NCBI GenBank assembly: GCA_010093605.1
Contig: MU004197.1
Coordinates: 124,001-188,000 of the forward strand
Source of the DNA: Lophium mytilinum
Taxonomy: Eukaryota
Direction: 5' to 3'
DNA: 64,000 nt
Shown here piece by piece: positions 61,101 to 64,000 of the stretch. Below the pieces are notes generated by a model. That model did not search any database. It was not told the origin of the DNA and saw nothing but the letters and a program-made list of their open reading frames with translations. Both the position numbers and the translations under genes were made by a program. Position 1 is the stretch's first letter. Every line of letters starts with the position of its first letter.

Positions 61101-64000
61101 TTCGGAGCCGGTGGCATGGGCAAATTCTTCCCGGTGAAGAAAGAGACAGAACGAGAAAAGCGGCGGACCCCCACAGCACCCGTTGCCACGCCGAGCCTAT
61201 TGCCATTTGTTCCCAGTTCAGATCCTTCAAGCAACACTAACCACCCCCCAGTCTCATCTACCTTTTTGTGGCAGGTGCCCAAGGCTGACCCTCCCCGTAG
61301 CAACGATGGACCTAAGGCCCCGACAGGACGGGAGGATGTGACTATGGGGGAAGCGAAGGCGGAGGTGTTACAACAACCATCAGGGCCACCATCGTTAGGA
61401 AGTTCAGTGTGGGGACCGTTCTCAGGAGCTGGTCCCATGCCGGTCCATATCAACTCTTATCAGCCGCCGGGCCCAGATTCCGTACCCTCATTTCCGCCCA
61501 AAGAACACTTAGCATCGTCAGGAGATCGCATGGAAGAATCTGGCCAAGATTACCAGAACGAGGTAGCACAGCGTGAAGCACTGCTACAAGCGCGAAAAGA
61601 AGCAGACGCACAGCTACTAGCACAGCAAGAAGCGCAAGCACAGCTATTGGCACAAGTACAGCCACAACAATTGGCAGAGGAACAATTACGACTGCAGGCA
61701 CAAAATCAAACGCAATCAATCAACAACCCGCCCTTGAATTTGAGCCAAATATGGCAGGGGCTTCAAACAAAGCAGCTGCCACAAGGTCCAGCGGGAGCTA
61801 GTGTAACGGGACATTACCCTCAAAGGCCTCAACCAGGATCCAATGACGTGGATATGGCAGACGTCGACGGTGTTCAAATACAGGCTGTTGGGCCTCTTGA
61901 GGCGCTGCAGGACGAACCGGGAACTTCAGATACGGTCAATGGTACCATCGACCCTGATTCGAAACTTTCGCCCATGCAGTCGTCATTTGCTTCGCTTCAA
62001 GCCCGACCAGAAGAGCCTCTAAAAGCTCTTTTGATCAACAAGGTACCAGAGCCGGCATACATGAACCACGCGCTTAGTACTTTTCGACACCGTATCACAC
62101 AGATCGTCAAGCACTATAACGACACGTATAGGGACTTCAAGGATTCGGAGGGGCTGGCCGTCAATCTTGACGATATCATCATGCAATTCGTGGATTCCTG
62201 GCTCAAAGCAATTGCCTTGGAGGCCAACGGGCAGGACGAGCCTTTTAGGGTGATTGAGCACCGAGGCGCGCAAGTTCTGCATCATCTCTCGACAGCCACC
62301 AAAAGCGAATGGGCTGTAATGGTTTTTGAATACACGTCGTCAGGCGGTGAAGTTATCTTGCCAGCTTTAGACACCCCTATAATGACACAAGGCGGCGGCG
62401 TAAACACTGGTTCGGACCCTGGCGTGGCGACGGGCATTGGCCCTGTGGGTGGACAAAGAGGATTTGTTGCGACTGACGACGAAGTCAAAATGCATGGCGA
62501 GGGAATGGAGCGTAATGGGATACACTATTCCAACTGGGTCCTCCAGGGAAATGACGCTCTTTTCCAACATGTCAGCAATAGATATTACGACGAACTCGAA
62601 CGGCTTGTATTATCTAAGAATGACCAGCACCGAGAGCTGGTTGATCGCCAGGGTAGGCCGCTCAACTTGGACATGATGGGCTCGTCCTTTATGCTAAAAC
62701 TTCTTGACGACATCGCCCACAGAGCAGTCAAAGGCAACGAGCTCCCCAGTATTAAAGCCGACGCAAACGCAATATGTCGGAGAATTGAGCGGATGGGCGC
62801 TACTGAGTGGCAGGCAACGCTGCAGGACTTTGTTGATAGAACTGGCGCGAGGAAGCTTCCGGATATGCCTGATTCTGTTCAGGCGGAAAAGCAAGCGGAA
62901 GTGCCTCAAACTCCCAAAACATCCTCAAAGAACACTTCCACGCCGAAGGCCAGACCGCCTCCGACTGGCACCTTGTTCAAGCATGAAGCCAAACCAGTTT
63001 ACCGCAGTCATGCCCACAAAAAAAGTGGCAACGCTCTCAAAAAGATCGCCAAGGAAAAGAACAAGCTGTTTCGAGTTCCTGGCTTAGGAGAAACGGGTGC
63101 TCTGAACCTAGATGGCATGGAAGATAGTTTTGTCGATTTCCTCTGTGACACGATTGCAATGCAAGCCAAGGGCAAGAACGTATTCGAAAATCAATTCGAG
63201 GAGGTTGAGGCAAGGGGCTACCAGATGGTAAGGGAATTAAAAGATTCTAGCGCCGAACAGTGGGCCGCGTGGGTGCAAAGATACCACGACCGCCTTCTCG
63301 TCGCTCCAGCATCTTCTGGTTTACGCCCTGTGCAAATTCAAGGATCATTCGCGAAGAATGAGACTGAGGAAAACATGCGAGCAGTGTACTTCCCCCGTCT
63401 CCTTGCCTTGGTGAAATCTAAGAACGAACAATACCAAGGGCAAGTCGATAGCTTCGGCAGACCACGAAGCATTCATGCCAAAGAGTTCAACCGTATGGCA
63501 AAGCTGATTCTCGACCGGATAACGACAAGGGTACAGCAAAATGGATCCGCAGACTATAAGAGCAATGCGGACAACGTCATCCAAGAGTACGAAGAAGACG
63601 AGGGCGGCCACAGCTGGGAAGGCTTGTTACGAGGTCTTCGCGCCCCACAAAATCAGCGTCCAAGCATCATATCACCGGCAACACCCACAGCACTTGCAAC
63701 CCCGTCTACGCCCCTATCTAATTCCAACAATCCATACCCCACTCACTCAGGAAACTGGCAGACGGAGGCCAGCCGCACGCACCAAGCCAACGCAATCGCT
63801 CAAAAGTACAAAGGCTATGTCGACACATCTGCGTCGGGTGACGACGCGCTTGTTGACTTCTGCAAAGTCGTCGAGGGACAGGCCTTCAAGCGCGCTAACG
63901 GCTCCTACGATGGCTACAAATTCGAAGTGAAGAAGGCACTGAACAGCGCTGCTGAAAAGGTGCGCAACATGTGGCAAAAGGAGCGTATTAAACAGACCGA
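58110..64000 (+). CDS. G10: array-family protein, >1960 aa, runs off the window (TM, coiled coil, 47-aa repeats, four long helical repeats and one KIX-like domain)
   Basis: ATG at 58110 (MPPARSIREWF...ALHP, compare G4 ALHP). No stop found in the stretches translated, and absence from the ORF track fits a frame running off the end. TM segment ALLFAALLFVSLVTIFYWYL. KIX-like NWQ..SR..LVDFCKVVEGQAFKRANGSYDGY at 63750-63960. Confidence 0.8.
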   Translation, partial: MPPARSIREWFHDEIIIGYLNFYYRIYFCALHPLTCTVETIQSLIHSYWDGLQIMQSGFQGLRNLATVGENEHTPPTTFLEDIFAEDSTTAYESAAPYSASTLTYIDISTDDMGVETHFFSDEDVPTCTPGLRCTTDVLTSNGFAGFSKSAASLLSATPLANIASSLTTTNSNPTTLQTAITTSTSSVPASNLTGGFFELVNDKLVAGWTLGHNFVSAMFRGLVLIFGNFFSLTHNFLRSAIVAIVTPISNKLLECRAIFYGLLSCIRRGWFSCEGFVECVGNCIISTWRKIKPCEGWDGCKWWIMDPPSKALLFAALLFVSLVTIFYWYLDKYERRSLGKFAQPPFTGGNRKGAGRSGRGGGGGGDDGGNDKKDGKDDDNKPAPHDHPAPESSTTSPPPIPGSTVPAGQPTGPANTNKRQINGSQPSGRQGKDIIVALRDINERLRRVENAGSSKAQTDLKAVKELEARLQRMVTMSSNPAQHGAVNVNDAEYIRSLEERVQELENPTGQAHLDELRSIADAKDRFDRNVEAKLAEIKATVNEANEQFHRHRMAKDQQNKEERERVVELIEEKMKEAREELESEIAESIAKLGSALTSTVARSIEVTNQEQTRPLREETQKTAENFVAAKKASDEATADILRISNGFQDVQSQLLSMSRSLGKNPGATTVPSNGTIQRSNSKAEPKVEPKAEPSGAVPKKVLKYDGLSPKPDYPRTPKQPTDASKPTIKNSAGKKKSEPTTWAPVSSSTTSQVSIPVAAPPEKPFTDPMPTQEPVTENTSSSGTNPAVSTKTDGGVEAKPMPSTPIDQTVKDDKDGIQLATPTGITGVSQPGLKPKVESVESVKSKPAPSAPVDQTVKDDKDGIQSTKPNGITSVSQPESKPKVEFVGSVNSKTAPSPTIDQTVKKGKNNTQLAKPTDTSRISPLVAAPKISTSATAPTAAGKVPSKKGKREPPPPPFLTALPPLNPFAPPPVTASRVGGFDPKAHEEALASGKIDFGAGGMGKFFPVKKETEREKRRTPTAPVATPSLLPFVPSSDPSSNTNHPPVSSTFLWQVPKADPPRSNDGPKAPTGREDVTMGEAKAEVLQQPSGPPSLGSSVWGPFSGAGPMPVHINSYQPPGPDSVPSFPPKEHLASSGDRMEESGQDYQNEVAQREALLQARKEADAQLLAQQEAQAQLLAQVQPQQLAEEQLRLQAQNQTQSINNPPLNLSQIWQGLQTKQLPQGPAGASVTGHYPQRPQPGSNDVDMADVDGVQIQAVGPLEALQDEPGTSDTVNGTIDPDSKLSPMQSSFASLQARPEEPLKALLINKVPEPAYMNHALSTFRHRITQIVKHYNDTYRDFKDSEGLAVNLDDIIMQFVDSWLKAIALEANGQDEPFRVIEHRGAQVLHHLSTATKSEWAVMVFEYTSSGGEVILPALDTPIMTQGGGVNTGSDPGVATGIGPVGGQRGFVATDDEVKMHGEGMERNGIHYSNWVLQGNDALFQHVSNRYYDELERLVLSKNDQHRELVDRQGRPLNLDMMGSSFMLKLLDDIAHRAVKGNELPSIKADANAICRRIERMGATEWQATLQDFVDRTGARKLPDMPDSVQAEKQAEVPQTPKTSSKNTSTPKARPPPTGTLFKHEAKPVYRSHAHKKSGNALKKIAKEKNKLFRVPGLGETGALNLDGMEDSFVDFLCDTIAMQAKGKNVFENQFEEVEARGYQMVRELKDSSAEQWAAWVQRYHDRLLVAPASSGLRPVQIQGSFAKNETEENMRAVYFPRLLALVKSKNEQYQGQVDSFGRPRSIHAKEFNRMAKLILDRITTRVQQNGSADYKSNADNVIQEYEEDEGGHSWEGLLRGLRAPQNQRPSIISPATPTALATPSTPLSNSNNPYPTHSGNWQTEASRTHQANAIAQKYKGYVDTSASGDDALVDFCKVVEGQAFKRANGSYDGYKFEVKKALNSAAEKVRNMWQKERIKQT
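60500..60860 (+). repeat. 141-nt (47-aa) coding tandem repeat in G10, ~2.5 copies
   Basis: GAYCARACTGTCAA recurs at 60531, 60672 and 60813 (DQTVKDDKDGIQ...). Confidence 0.85.

Noticed and set aside
575..63930. Numerous antisense and alternative-frame ORFs overlapping the large genes
   Set aside because: Expected shadows of GC-rich coding sequence, with no independent support.

Overview
Fungal (filamentous ascomycete-like) genomic DNA with short GT-AG introns carrying CTRAY branch sites. The window is dominated by a tandem array of ten highly diverged, apparently paralogous genes (G1-G10 here), eight on the minus strand. Typical architecture: short N-terminal module, phase-1 intron, transmembrane helix, coiled coil, long disordered region (FxF-like and Nup50/Nup2-like basic motifs), then 1 to 5 or more C-terminal KIX-like helical repeats. 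The proteins barely align, but non-coding parts are conserved. All seven complete minus-strand members have a ~150-260 nt branched RNA structure just after the stop codon, in two classes (A with twin CURAYA loops after a U-rich linker; B with twin UUU-bulged GC hairpins, usually after an A-rich linker). Most share an upstream ATTCAC..TCTTRGCG motif. The spacers contain a ~163-bp repeat whose unit reads as intron plus exon on the gene strand. A DH-PH RhoGEF-like gene and a RIP-like degenerate block are also present. Domain calls are by-eye motif recognition, not database results.
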